Source: Vezdaea acicularis (taxonomy: Eukaryota). Taken from it: a DNA stretch of 64,000 bases. Shown piece by piece: positions 33,924-45,800 of this stretch. The notes below the pieces were generated by a model. That model did no database searches, had not been told where the DNA came from, and worked only from the letters and a program-made list of their open reading frames with translations. The first letter of the stretch is position 1, and every line of letters begins with the position of its first letter. The DNA lies in contig JAPEUI010000001.1 of the NCBI GenBank assembly GCA_026025075.1, positions 1-64,000 on the forward strand, read 5' to 3'. The translations under genes were made by a program, and so were the position numbers.

Positions 33924-36900
33924 ATGACTTATTCGGCCTTGCCCCAGGATGGGCGTGACGTTCTTTCAGATGCAAGCACCACCGCCACCTCGCCGAGTCC
34001 CTTGTCACACGCGAACCGTTACGATTTTCAACCCTTATCCATGGATCTCGGCCTTACCGGCGCTGGTCAATCGCTGATTGAGTGGGAGCATTCAGGAATG
34101 GGCTCCACTACTCATGACGAGCCCGGCTCTGGAGATGATTTAACCTTCTCACCTCGTTCACCTCGTTCACCCCACAGACGACACTCCAGGAAATCTCCCG
34201 ATAAGCAGATAGACGCACACGACCTATCGCCGAAACCGCTCGTGCGCATGACATCGCAGGGAGGAAAGAACATGCGTCTCCGTCATCCCACCCCAGATCT
34301 TCAGTCGCTGCAAGGGGCCTACGTCAAAAATGTTGAACGTCTGGAACAGAGTGCCGAGAGATTGAGCATGGGTTCAAGCATTGAGGTGGAAGTCCGCAAG
34401 TTGCGGGAGGAACAGAAACGATCTGAAAGCCGGCATTCTTCTCTCCTGAACACACCGATTGAGGAAGAGCCTCCATTTGGACCACTCGCAAGACAGCCAT
34501 CGGCAAGCTCGTACTCCAATTCAATCGTTGGCTTCAACAACGCTGCGCGATCAGGAGGATACTCGCCGAGCGGAATCATATCCTTATCAAGAAACCCATC
34601 TCTCTCTAAACCAAGTCGAGGGCGTTCAGCGTCCAAGAATCATCGTTTGTCCCAGCTACCAGAGCCTGAGCTTGAAGGACGTCCACTCGAGTCTTTCGCA
34701 AGCACATCTACTTACCACAGCCAACCCCCGCAACCGCCCCCTCACGCTGCCTTCGCACATGATATTGATGCAGCTCTTAACGGTGAACCAACCCAGTCCA
34801 GTACTTCAGGGCTAGCATCACATCCCCACTCAGCTCATGCTACGTTGGCGGGCCCTGTTCAAGCAGCCCAACAGGAGGATTTGAACAGACCTACAACATC
34901 AGCGTCTACCAATACTTATCGCCACACGGGTGCATTCTTTGAAGACTTTGATGGGGTCCATTGTCAGAATGGACCGATCACAGCAGAGCCCGACCCTCTC
35001 GCCCAATCGAACGAGCCAGTGATTCGTCCAGGAAGACCGCGGGCGAGGCCACAGACGTACGCTAACCAGAGGCATCAGGACATGGTCTTCTACCCTGCCC
35101 CTGTACCAATGACTTTGAATCTACCTCAAAGGCTTTCGAAGCAGCCAAATCCTACTCAGATGGAGAAACAACGAATTCAAGTGCTCGGTTCCGTGCCAGC
35201 CGCTGCTCGCAAGTCTGCTGCGTGGCTACCAAACCTAGTGGAGGGCGAGCACTACGAAGAACAAAACAAAAGTGCGGAATCACTCAATAGGAAGAGCAAG
35301 GACCTTCAACGCAGTACCCAAAACCTGGCGCCTCTGCCCGCTCAACTGCGAGCATCCGTGTTCTTCGACCGCCCCACACCACGCCAGGAAGTTGCTGTTA
35401 AAGATAATTCTGCCGTCGCAACCTTAGATAGCATCCTGGACGCCTCCGCCGTTGCTCCTGTAAATGCATTCACAGACCACCCCATCGTAGGCCAGCTTGG
35501 TGCTGATGTCTATAAAAGAGAGGTGCCAAAGAAGAGCAGCACCAATCAACCTACCGAGAAAGAGACGGAGAAGAGGAAGAGTAGGAGTTCAGTGAATCTT
35601 CTTACAGGAAAAGGAAAGGCTGTCCATGAATTGGATGAGATGAGGAGTTCAAACCGCAGCAGGGCTAGCTTTGCGTCTCTTATGGGATTCCGAAAACCTG
35701 GCTCAGAAGAACATGCGGTAGAAGTGCGCGAAGATCGCGATGACCAAGAACCATGTGGAGAGACTGCCGCTCTTCGACCTTCGCAAGAGGGACAACGCTC
35801 CGAAAGTGGCGACGAGGCGGAGGACTTGAGAGACCGCGAGCTTATGGGTCACGAAGCTGAGTCTGACAATGAAGTAGACCGAGAAGTTGGGGATGGTGAA
35901 GAGATGGCGGAAAAGCCTGAGGAATATAACGGCCCGCCAACTACGCTCTTGGCTGAACTGCAACTTCGCAAAGCTGAGATGAAAATGCGAAACCGGACCG
36001 CAGCAACCGCGTTTCCAGATGGCATGCATTCTACTTTACTAGAGCTAGACGCTGTCGCTCAGCTACAAAAGAAATCAAGAGCCCATAAGCGGATCGCACT
36101 CGCATGGGAAGACCCTGACGTACACGCCCAAGAGGACGAAGACGCCGACGACGATGATGTCCCTCTAGGCCTCCTCTTCCCTGGCCGAGACGGCAAAGGA
36201 AAAGTACAAACCCGCCGTCTAGACGACAACCGCCCTCTCGGCCTCATGGAAAGACGTGAGCTTGAAGAAAGCGAACCTCTAGCTAACCGCCGCGCTCGCC
36301 TCCGCGGCGAGCCCATCCCAACTCCACAGCTCCCCCTGCCACCTCCCCCACGAAACCCCAGCCCTGAGAAAAGAGCGGGCTCCATGTACACCCTCGAAGT
36401 CCCTGGCCTGACTGACCAGCACCAGAAAGAAGTGAGCAGCGACTCCGAAGAGGAGACCATGGCACAGCGCCGCGCCCGCCTTAAAGCACGCACCGGTGCC
36501 GCCGGCGGGGGCAGCAACTCCCTCGCGCCCGCCAGCCGCCACGGCAGCTCAACCTTCGCCGACGAGCTCCTCAGCCAATTCGGCGGCCTCGACGACAAGA
36601 AAACACCTGACCCTTGCGCCGTCTCCCCCCACGAGGAAACACTCGGCCAGCGCCGTGCCCGCTTGAAGGCCGAAGCCAAGGGCGAGGCCCAAAACCGCAA
36701 GGTTAGCGGCAATAGCGCTAATTCAGGGGTTGCGGTCAAGGAGCGGCATAGTATGGCGACTATCCTGCAAGCGCACCCGATTGGTAGTGCCGGCAGCCGC
36801 GCCCTTGGCGGCGGCCAGTTCCGTGCCCAGGGCCAACATTTCGCCGGCGGGTTCGACGGCCGCTCTGCGGGGCCATTTGGTGGCGCCTATGCTGCACCGT

Positions 36901-37217
36901 ATACCGCCCCTTATGGCGGTACCTTCCCCCTCGGGATGAATGGGATGAATGGAATAGGCCCGTACCAGCAACAGCAGCAGCAGTTCCAGCAGCACATAGC
37001 GGGCGGTGGAGGTTTTGCGAACGGCGTCACCTATGCGCAGCACCAGCCGCAGATGCAGGGCTATGGCCAAATCGCTGGTGGATACGGTGGGCCTATGTAT
37101 GCCGGCTTGCCGGGGGGTTATCAGCAGGGAAACATGTTTGGCATGGGCGACGAGTTGCCGCTGGATCCGAAGCAGAGGGATGTCATCGATAGCTGGCGGA
37201 GGAGCGTCATGCCTTGA
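33924..37217 (+). CDS. Uncharacterised, largely disordered fungal protein (1097 aa)
   Basis: Long uninterrupted ORF with ordered-looking blocks HPTPDLQSLQGAY, FYPAPVPMTLNLPQRLSK, SAVATLDSILDAS, PTTLLAELQLRK..RNRTAATAFPDGMHSTLLELDAV and repeated ETLxQRRARL. Confidence 0.85.
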   Translation: MTYSALPQDGRDVLSDASTTATSPSPLSHANRYDFQPLSMDLGLTGAGQSLIEWEHSGMGSTTHDEPGSGDDLTFSPRSPRSPHRRHSRKSPDKQIDAHDLSPKPLVRMTSQGGKNMRLRHPTPDLQSLQGAYVKNVERLEQSAERLSMGSSIEVEVRKLREEQKRSESRHSSLLNTPIEEEPPFGPLARQPSASSYSNSIVGFNNAARSGGYSPSGIISLSRNPSLSKPSRGRSASKNHRLSQLPEPELEGRPLESFASTSTYHSQPPQPPPHAAFAHDIDAALNGEPTQSSTSGLASHPHSAHATLAGPVQAAQQEDLNRPTTSASTNTYRHTGAFFEDFDGVHCQNGPITAEPDPLAQSNEPVIRPGRPRARPQTYANQRHQDMVFYPAPVPMTLNLPQRLSKQPNPTQMEKQRIQVLGSVPAAARKSAAWLPNLVEGEHYEEQNKSAESLNRKSKDLQRSTQNLAPLPAQLRASVFFDRPTPRQEVAVKDNSAVATLDSILDASAVAPVNAFTDHPIVGQLGADVYKREVPKKSSTNQPTEKETEKRKSRSSVNLLTGKGKAVHELDEMRSSNRSRASFASLMGFRKPGSEEHAVEVREDRDDQEPCGETAALRPSQEGQRSESGDEAEDLRDRELMGHEAESDNEVDREVGDGEEMAEKPEEYNGPPTTLLAELQLRKAEMKMRNRTAATAFPDGMHSTLLELDAVAQLQKKSRAHKRIALAWEDPDVHAQEDEDADDDDVPLGLLFPGRDGKGKVQTRRLDDNRPLGLMERRELEESEPLANRRARLRGEPIPTPQLPLPPPPRNPSPEKRAGSMYTLEVPGLTDQHQKEVSSDSEEETMAQRRARLKARTGAAGGGSNSLAPASRHGSSTFADELLSQFGGLDDKKTPDPCAVSPHEETLGQRRARLKAEAKGEAQNRKVSGNSANSGVAVKERHSMATILQAHPIGSAGSRALGGGQFRAQGQHFAGGFDGRSAGPFGGAYAAPYTAPYGGTFPLGMNGMNGIGPYQQQQQQFQQHIAGGGGFANGVTYAQHQPQMQGYGQIAGGYGGPMYAGLPGGYQQGNMFGMGDELPLDPKQRDVIDSWRRSVMP

Positions 37218-39156
37218 GCACCGTCGTGCCTTGAGCTGCGTAGCGCTGTATTTTTGTTGCTTGGCTGCTTTCGTTCGATTATAGGATGGGTGGAACGACG
37301 TGTTTGGGACATGAAAGGGGCGGTTTGGATCGATCGAACATGGACAGCAGAAAGCAAGAGGGCAAGAGCGCGAGCGAGGAAACAAGCAAGCAAGCATCAA
37401 CACCAGGCGTTAGGAAAGCATCAGCAAGGAGTACCCGCATCGCATAGCGCCGGCGTCCATCATCATAGTTTACCTCGAAAGGGCCGGCCAGTAGCGGTGA
37501 CCACCAGAAATCCAGTACATAGCTCAAGAAAAAAATCCTTATCCCGGCCCCACCCCTCGTAAATCACCGTGAAGCACGCACTCACTCTTTGGGAACACCC
37601 GCTCCTGCCCTACCACCCCCTCCAACCTATCAAACCCCGTTAATCCAACCCGTGGCCTTCTCGTTCGTCCTCCCTCCTTTTCCGGTTTCCTTCATGGAGG
37701 CGAAGGAGGGTGTATCATATCGTACCCAACCCCCCCCCCTCCCTCCCTGATGCACACCACCGCCCTATCTCCCACGTGTGCAACGCGAGACGCAAGATGT
37801 GAGATTATGAGACGTAGGACGCTTACCAAATTGCTGCTGTAGTCAGACGTGGACATGACTGAGACGCGCGCATGGAGGGGTGTCGTACGACATACACCGC
37901 GTCGTTTTTGGAGGTGCGGGAGAGGTGGGAGTAGGAGTGGGATGGATTGGGAAGGGGGGCACGTGTGGGAGGGGGGTCGTCTTATTTGATGGGTGGAGGG
38001 GGAATTGTGGGGTTGGATAGAAGGGGGAGGGCATGCAGATGGTTGTCAAACGTGTTTGGAGGGTCCGCGATTGAGCGTTGTGCGTGTAATTGGTGTGGGG
38101 TGCAGCTGACGAGCTGCATTTGTGCGTGTGGACTTCTCGCGGTGGACGGACGACTCGGGTTTACTAGGCTTTGTTCGCAACTGATTGATTCGTAGCGGTT
38201 GCGGGACCGTTTGTACGCTCACTTTCTTCCTCCGCCCTCCCATTATCCGTACTGCGAGGTGTAGACAGCGATATCGATATTAAACCCAACATCCACACGC
38301 AAACTCCTTGCCGAGCATTCGCGAACGCTGGCCAAGGTTTTTAGCAGCGGGTGTGGCTTCCCCCGCCTCCGCCACAGCCGGACTGGGGCGGCACGGCTCG
38401 CGCCGTTGGAGGGTGGTTAAGCTCATGGCTTGGCTTGGCTTTCCCCGCATATGCGGGGGTCAGTCACCTTTTCCCTGCATCGGGCCGGGGGTTGCGCTGC
38501 TGGCTGACTGAGCGCTGTACAACCACGTCTTGTTCTTTGCTAATTTGTGTCACGTTTCTTTGCAGCGTCTCTGTTCCCATTATTGTTGTTCTCAGGCTAG
38601 GTATGCTTGAGATGGCCGGTCATCCCTGAATCGTCGTCAACCAGTGTGGGTCGTGTTGATGAGCGGGTTGGGAGACGGCTTGGGGTTTGTACTTGAGTAC
38701 AAGTCGTGTTCGTGTGTATTATGCGATCTGCTTACTTGAGGGGTACACAAGCTCGAGGGTTTGGAACAATGAGAAGTGGGTTGTGCGGATGAGGGACGCG
38801 GTGATTTCCGGAACTTGTGTTGATAATAAGCTTCTGCTACGAGTATCACCGCATGGGACTTCGTGAGGGGAGAGAAGGACGGGATACTATCTCACGACTT
38901 TGTGCGTTGGGGGAAGAGGCATTGCAACCTCACTTGTCTCACGATAGGATTTGTGAAGATGTCGGACCGGCAAGAGACCTCGGGATTTCGAGGGATAGAG
39001 GACGGAAGATATATAATGGAGACCTCGTCCCCATCGATACATCTGGCTTGTGTTTCTATCGCATCTCCCAACTTCAACATAAATCTAGATCTAAACTTCC
39101 AGCTCATTCCACTAACAGACGCAAACGCGAATATCTACCCTTTAACACCTTTCAAT

Positions 39157-39644
39157 ATGCTCCACCTCTTCACCTTCGCTGTCGCTGCCGCAGTGATTGT
39201 CCACAGCGCTTCTGCTCTGCAGGTCAACTGGTCTGACCCTCCCCCCCCCTCTTATCCCTAGCTCCTCACTCCACTCATGGACTCTTCCCCCAATCCCCTC
39301 CATTCCCCCCTTGCAACCCCTTCGTCCCTATCCCACCCTCCTAACAACACCCAACCAGGTATCACGACCATAACTGCGGCAACTACAAAGATACGACCTA
39401 CTTCTCCGGCACAGGCATCCACGGCAACGAGATCAACGGGCAGCCAGCCTCAGCCGGTAGCGCACTGTTCGTCACCACCGATGGCTGTGGTATCTATGGC
39501 TGCTCTAGCCCCAGCGGTGGATGCTCGGGCGTGAACACGTATGAATGCATCTCGTATGTTGATGGCACGTATGTCTCTTGTAAGTTTGCAATTTCGTCCA
39601 TGTAGGATTTGGTAGACGCTGACGCGGGGTTAGCCGATTGTTAG
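39157..39644 (+). CDS. Small secreted Cys-rich protein (~100 aa, 6 Cys); 3 exons; not intact in the ORF track
   Basis: Spliced reading MLHLFTFAVAAAVIVHSASALQVNW|YHDHNCGNYKDTTYFSG..DGCGIYGCSSPSGGCSGVNTYECISYVDGTYVS|SDC*; introns 39231-39358 (CTAAC..CAG) and ~39580-39633 (GTAAGT..CTGAC..TAG). Confidence 0.75.
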
Positions 39645-39915
39645 ATGTGAGGGTGTGGAGAATGGAGGGAGCGGTGGATATGAAAGGGTGAAATGGCCGA
39701 GCGGGTTGAGTTATGGGAGGAAATGGGATGAATTGGAGCGCTGAGATATTTGGGGTTGTTCAAGAGTTCTGCATTCCCTAGAGAGCCAGAATACTATGTA
39801 GACTCCATTATCTGCATTGCTAGCCTACCAACCTAGAATCAAATGGTGTGAAGGGGGTATCTTAACTCCGCTTCGTCTCAAGTCCAATCCATTTCCAAGC
39901 CTTACGCTCACTCCA

Positions 39916-42351
39916 CTAAGCACCAGCCCACCCCCTCAGCTCTTCTCCAAGCCCAACTGGTACCCACGTGCCCTTCTCCTTCGGCTTCTGAGCCCATACC
40001 ACGTCACCCTTCAGATACACCAGCACCCCGCCTTTTCCACTCGCGCTCGCCGTAACCCTGAACAGCGGCAAGCCCGTCCGCTCATGTGCTTCCCGCAGCG
40101 GAACTAGAATAAGGTCTTCCTCTACGCACCATGCTTCTAGTACATCCCTGAAGCTCGTCTCGTCATCGAACCGTGCGCGGGCGCCACTTTCTGTTGTTTT
40201 CGGCGTTGGTGGTTGTTTAGAGGATGGAGTGACAACGGATGGCATGGGTCTGACCGGGCCAGCGGGCGGCGGGGAAAGTTCGGCAGCAGCGCGGGGGCCG
40301 AGCTCAAGTGCCTTCTCCATGGTGCGCACCGCTTTGTCCCACTCTGCCTTTACTACTGGCAAAGAGCTGATGGGCTCCGGGAAGCGTGCCTTCCACCATA
40401 TAAACCATTGCGCAACCTCTGGATAGGAGACACCCTCGGAAGTGAGCCATTGGTGCAGGGTTGAATGATATTTGGGGAAAAATTCAGCGATGAGGAGTTC
40501 GCCTACGTGTTCAGGCTTGAAATAAGGCGTCCAGAGGAGGACTGCTTCGAGGGGGGACATGTCTTGGTCGGAGGGGTTTATTGTCAGGTGTTGCGCTAGG
40601 TGCGTGGCGAGGCGAGGGAGGAGGCTGCGCGTTAGGAGGTGAGAGAGGGACGGAAGGACAGAGGACCACGTGCTGAGGCCAGGGAGGAGCTGATTGGAGG
40701 AGAGGTCCCAGGCTGAGAGGTAGGCTCGGAGACAACGCTTTACGTCTGCAAGGAGGCCGGTAGAGGCGTGTGCGTCGATGTGATGGGCTGGCAGGTGCGG
40801 TAGAAATGGGACAATGAAGGTGTGTGGAGGAGGTGGGCTTTTGCCATGGCGTTTCTTAGGCGTCCAGGTGCTCAGAGCAGTGGTCAATTTGGGAATTATC
40901 TGGTTGTCAATCAAGTTATGAAAAATAAATGCTGGGAGGAAGGGGCGCCAAGCTTCAAGAAGGTTGATTAGAGGCGTAGAATCATAGACGTTCCAAGAAT
41001 TGTTTATGGTTGTGCGGACACGCGGGAGCCAGAGGGTGTAGAGGAGGGTTTCGAAAGGGGTCGTGGATTTGTGGATGCGTGAGGTGTAGCCCGCGTGTAA
41101 TCCATCATGGATGGTGAGAGCATCAATATCGATGGGAGACTTGATACCAAGAATTGAACGCAGTCGTTCCAAGTAGTTTACCAAGTGCTCCGGGTCGTCT
41201 AGAAGGTTCCAGGTCTCCATCTCTGCGCGGAATATGGGTTGAATGGCAGCAACAGCAACTTCTGGTAGGCCATAACTTTCCAGCTCATCTTCGTACTGAT
41301 GTTCAAGGGCTTCCAGCTTGACTGTCACGGCTTCCCACTGCCTTGATATATCCGTACCTTCACCGATAACTCCAGAAGATTTCTTGAGCTCGTCGACCAC
41401 AGCTATTATGCTTTCAAGCCTATCGATGCCGCTTTGACGGGCCTGAATGTCTTGCTCGAGTTGGATCTGCTTCAACTCGGCGTTCTTTTTTTGATCAGCC
41501 AGGGAATTCCAATGGTCTGCAAAATTCTCAAGGTCTCGACGGGCCCGCTTAGCGATCTTGACATTTTCGGGTTCTGCTGCCACATTTCCGTTCGGCACAA
41601 CCATTAGACCAGCTGTAGACGTTAGGACTTTTTGCTCCTTTCCCGTTACATCGATAAGGCTCTTCAATATGTCTGGCACCTCAAGACCGTCTGCCCATTG
41701 TTCAATCTCCGCTGCCGTCCTGTATTTTGTTTTTGCTTTCGTAAATCCTGCTGGCGTGCTTGTCCCACTTCCGCCGTGCGCCTTACGAGCTTTCTTCTCC
41801 CGTCGTTTTCTTCTTTCTTCCTCTGAAGAATCTTCATATACCTCTCCTCTCCTCTCTGCTGCTCTCTTCTCCTCCGCCTTTGCTTGCTCTGTCTTCTCTC
41901 GCACAGCGCCCAGACCAACGCCTTGAGGTCGAAGCTTTGTATCGACTGGATTCAAGATACCTTGACCCTCTTTACCCAACCCTTGTCCGGCAACATATCC
42001 CATATTTGCCATCATCTTTGCAGCAAACGAGTTCACTTTCGCAGAGCCCTGGCCAGCAGGTTTCTTTTGCTCCATAGTGCCCAGTCCGGACCGCTTGAAT
42101 GATCGCTTCTGCGGGGGGGGTTCTTCCATGTCATCCTCGTTTTCATCATCTCCAGAGTCGTCAGCAGCATTTCCATAACCTCTATGACGCTTAGCAGGCA
42201 CAGTCGAAGGAGACTGGAACCTCATGTTCGGCAGCATCTTATTTAGGTGGTGTATATAAAAAAGTTCAACCTTGAACTGCCCATCACATAGTAAATAGGC
42301 GACAATAACGGCAAGTCCCGATACTCGAAGGGGAACTCGTAACGAGACCAA
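39916..42351 (-). CDS. SPP382: G-patch spliceosome disassembly factor TFIP11/Ntr1/Spp382 (5' end uncertain)
   Basis: G-patch SFAAKMMANMGYVAGQGLGKEGQGILNP..GVGLGA, followed by TIP/GCFC-like region (LWLPRVR, AWRPFLP, LLIAEFFPKYHSTLHQWLT, EVAQWFIWWK). Confidence 0.9.
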   Translation of the reverse strand: MVSLRVPLRVSGLAVIVAYLLCDGQFKVELFYIHHLNKMLPNMRFQSPSTVPAKRHRGYGNAADDSGDDENEDDMEEPPPQKRSFKRSGLGTMEQKKPAGQGSAKVNSFAAKMMANMGYVAGQGLGKEGQGILNPVDTKLRPQGVGLGAVREKTEQAKAEEKRAAERRGEVYEDSSEEERRKRREKKARKAHGGSGTSTPAGFTKAKTKYRTAAEIEQWADGLEVPDILKSLIDVTGKEQKVLTSTAGLMVVPNGNVAAEPENVKIAKRARRDLENFADHWNSLADQKKNAELKQIQLEQDIQARQSGIDRLESIIAVVDELKKSSGVIGEGTDISRQWEAVTVKLEALEHQYEDELESYGLPEVAVAAIQPIFRAEMETWNLLDDPEHLVNYLERLRSILGIKSPIDIDALTIHDGLHAGYTSRIHKSTTPFETLLYTLWLPRVRTTINNSWNVYDSTPLINLLEAWRPFLPAFIFHNLIDNQIIPKLTTALSTWTPKKRHGKSPPPPHTFIVPFLPHLPAHHIDAHASTGLLADVKRCLRAYLSAWDLSSNQLLPGLSTWSSVLPSLSHLLTRSLLPRLATHLAQHLTINPSDQDMSPLEAVLLWTPYFKPEHVGELLIAEFFPKYHSTLHQWLTSEGVSYPEVAQWFIWWKARFPEPISSLPVVKAEWDKAVRTMEKALELGPRAAAELSPPPAGPVRPMPSVVTPSSKQPPTPKTTESGARARFDDETSFRDVLEAWCVEEDLILVPLREAHERTGLPLFRVTASASGKGGVLVYLKGDVVWAQKPKEKGTWVPVGLGEELRGWAGA

Positions 42352-42834
42352 TCACAGGCAAATGTCATCATTCGTCCATGTTTGAACATTGGACATCTGC
42401 TCCACACCCTTCATGTGAATCTTCCTTACAACAAGGGACCGATTCGACAAGCCCTTTGGCGGTCGCTATACCAAAAGCTGTTTGCTCCAGCACTGATCAG
42501 CTGCTATCATTACGACTTTACAATCAACCCTCGAACCTGATGCAGCGCAATGGTCTGAACGAGCTCAATAGCTTATGTGAGCTCCCAACATATAAGGCGT
42601 CACCTAGTCACTCTCTAGGTTGATGAAGTTCCTCAAACGAAAAATTTTGCTCCTCAGGTCATTGCTGACTCGTTTATTTTGATCGGCAATAGTCTTGCTT
42701 GTTGCCCTAGCTAGATGTATCCGCCTGCGATGGGATTTGCGATCGAACTTACATACCTGTCCATGAAGCGGTGTACAAGCATGATGAAGAAGTAGCTATA
42801 ATCTAGCATCCCGCAGAAGGCGTCTGGATTGAGA

Positions 42835-45800
42835 ATGTTTTCCATTCTTCGGGGCAACCATAAGCGGACGCCGTCCACTGAGTCGGCGTCATCTATGCCA
42901 CATTCTACGGAAGGCCCCTTACCTCCACTTGAGTATACGTATCAAACAACAGCGAACACAGAAACCCCGGCCTCTCCTCCAGTCCTTCCGCCAATTCCCC
43001 GAGTCGCCTCTCGATATTCTCGGCAAGCGCCAGAGCCGATTGACCTTTCCCGTCAGGAATATAGTGATGCTAAGCACGATCGTAATGGGCAAGATCCACC
43101 GGCGTCTCCGACATCACAGGGCTCTTCTCGCTCAGGTATATACTCTAGCTTTTTGGCAAGCTCTAGAGAGCGCCTCCATATACCGGACTCAAGTTACTCG
43201 TCGAGAACTACATCTTCTAAGGATCGACATTCAAAGGGTTCATTGCAAAGTACGAACCCTGGCTTCGCTGTATCTCAAGATGGTCTTTTACTTCCAAACC
43301 AGGCTGCATCTGCATCTTCATCATCTCTGACGACCCCTAACGGCTCCCTTGCCATCCCAGTAAGCCCTTCAACCCATGATCAACCAAAGTCGCCTGTAGC
43401 AAATGCAGGGACACTCCCATCAATCAGTCAACCTCGATCTACAAAATCGAGATTACATCTACGCAACCCCATGTCGCTTCTCATGCGAAGGCGCTCACCT
43501 CAAGCTATGACTTTGCTTTCCGAGCCGGGTTTCAACCGGAAGGCGTCGGTCCCAACGATGCCGGACGACTTCGATCCTGCTATTCGCGGATCAGTCGTGC
43601 ATGACTTCAGTGCGCCAAGACCCAGGAGAGACTTTTCATATGGGAGTACGACTGTAGCCACTGGAGACCCGAAGTCGCCTTACAGAGCTGATTTCTCTCA
43701 GAAGGCACAGTCGACCCCGAACGAGAGGCTCGGTTATGTCGATTCAATTCAGGACAAAAGTAGTACTTTTCCTGGTGACGGAAGCATAGAGAAGGAGTAT
43801 CCGCCTGTCTTGACTGATCATTCTGAAGATCACCCTCCACTTGGAGATAGCCATGAGAGCCCGTCGCAATCATTCGAAAACCTAAGTGGAGAGTTCCCCA
43901 GCCCAACAAAAAAAGATGCGAAGCCCCTTCCTCCATTTCCTCAGAGCCTTCAGACCTCTACAAGAGAGACCAGTGTACTTCCGAAAACCCGGTCGAGTGG
44001 AGAGCCAGATCCGAGCACCACGATAGAGATCAACCCTGTTGGTAAGCTAGATAAGCAACTGGAGATTGAAGTACCTCAATGTCAAGATATTCCGCCTTCG
44101 GAATATTCTTATGAGTCTTCTAGGTTACCCCGTCACATGAAGAGCAATGCATCTCGATTCAGTTTCGATATGGCGGGTATGGGTTCTTCCGCACAGGAAA
44201 AGGTGCTAGAGGAGAAACATCGGCAAAAGGCAAAGGCTAGAACTTCTATCACCTCAGTGGCCACGAATGATAGCAAAGGGCTCCTCTCCGATGAGGATGA
44301 ATATGACGATGATTATAACTTAGATGAGTTTGACGATGGTGGTTATGAAGAGAAGATACCCGGAGTAAATGTGGATGACGATGAATACGAAGGTAGAACC
44401 ATTGGGATCAATGCGAAAGATGATGATTATGAACAGAAGATACCTGGAACCAACACAGATGACGACGAACCCACTATTCGCCCCATCAACACCGGATTCA
44501 ACTTCTATATGAACGCAGATTCGCCGACTGTCAATTCAACAAGTCCATCCCAAGATACTACCGCAATTGTATCCACTCCTAGAGACGCTGCGGGGCAGAT
44601 CATCGGGTTTGCGACAACCAAGGAGTCCCCGACGCCTCAAAAGTACGAGAATGGCTCCTTTACTACACCACTCACCCCAGAATATCATCCCGATGATCGT
44701 AAATACGTTGCAGATCTAGGCTTGATTGGCTTTAGTAATGCCACAGCCTACAATGATCCGTCCAGGGCGCCATTGGCAGGGCGAGAGATAGGGGCGGGTG
44801 GCTTCGTCCAGACGCCCCCACATGTCGGAAGTGACGATGATGACATGTATTTTGACGACGGAATGATTGATCAACCTCCAGAAGAAGGGGACCAGAAATT
44901 TGACGAGTCTTGGTTTGACAATGGAGCCGACGACCTAGCTGCAAATCCCAGAAGAAACGATTCAAAGCACACAGCCAGTTATTTAGGGCTTCCCAAGATC
45001 GACCAGCTCGCGCCAACCAATTCAGTGAAAGCTTCTGATAGTCCATGGCTTTCGATGATATCAGACACCACCAGCTCTATATCCCAAAGAGATGTAGTGG
45101 TAACCCCTCAAACCAAACTTGATGCTTACCATAACTCTCTCGTCGCGGCCGCAAACGCTGCTGCTGCAAGCGGGAAATTTTCTCGTCGCGACGATGAAGA
45201 AGGCTCCCTGGATTTTGAAGGCAGCGAGGCTGAAACATTAGGTGCACCAGCAGATCAGGGCAGGGCTGGTATCAATGTACAATTCCTCCCGGTGGTTGGA
45301 GGTGACCAAGCAGGCATCGACGACTATGGATTTGAGGACGAACTTGAGGACGACCCTATAATCGCCGCTGCAAACGCTGAAGCTTTGGCAAATGATGAAG
45401 ACGGCTTTTATGGTCAAGAATTTGGTTTCTACGCGCAAAAAAATGGCGAAAGCCACGAGTCTATAAACGGAGGCTATTTTGGCGATCCTAGCAGTCTCTT
45501 ACGATCTCAAAGTGGTCGCTTGACGCTACATGAGCCTAATCTGACACCAATTACCGAAAGGAGCGAGCAAAGTAATCGTAACTCCGTCGCATCTTTATCT
45601 TTCCATGCCTTCCAATCGAGCCCGGCAACACATCAGAGTCCAGCATTGGCGCAACTCCAAAATATGATGAACGAAAACGGGGATGAGGACATATCTCTCA
45701 GTACCTTGCTCAAACTACGGAGAGGAGCTTTCGGTGGCAGCAATGGCAGCTTGCGCAGTTCCCAGAGCGGCGGCAGTCATGCGAACGGTTCGCCACTGTC

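Noticed and set aside
37300..39100. ORFs or ncRNA in the purine/GT-rich intergenic stretch
   Set aside because: Low-complexity composition; no tRNA, 5S or snoRNA hallmark recognised.
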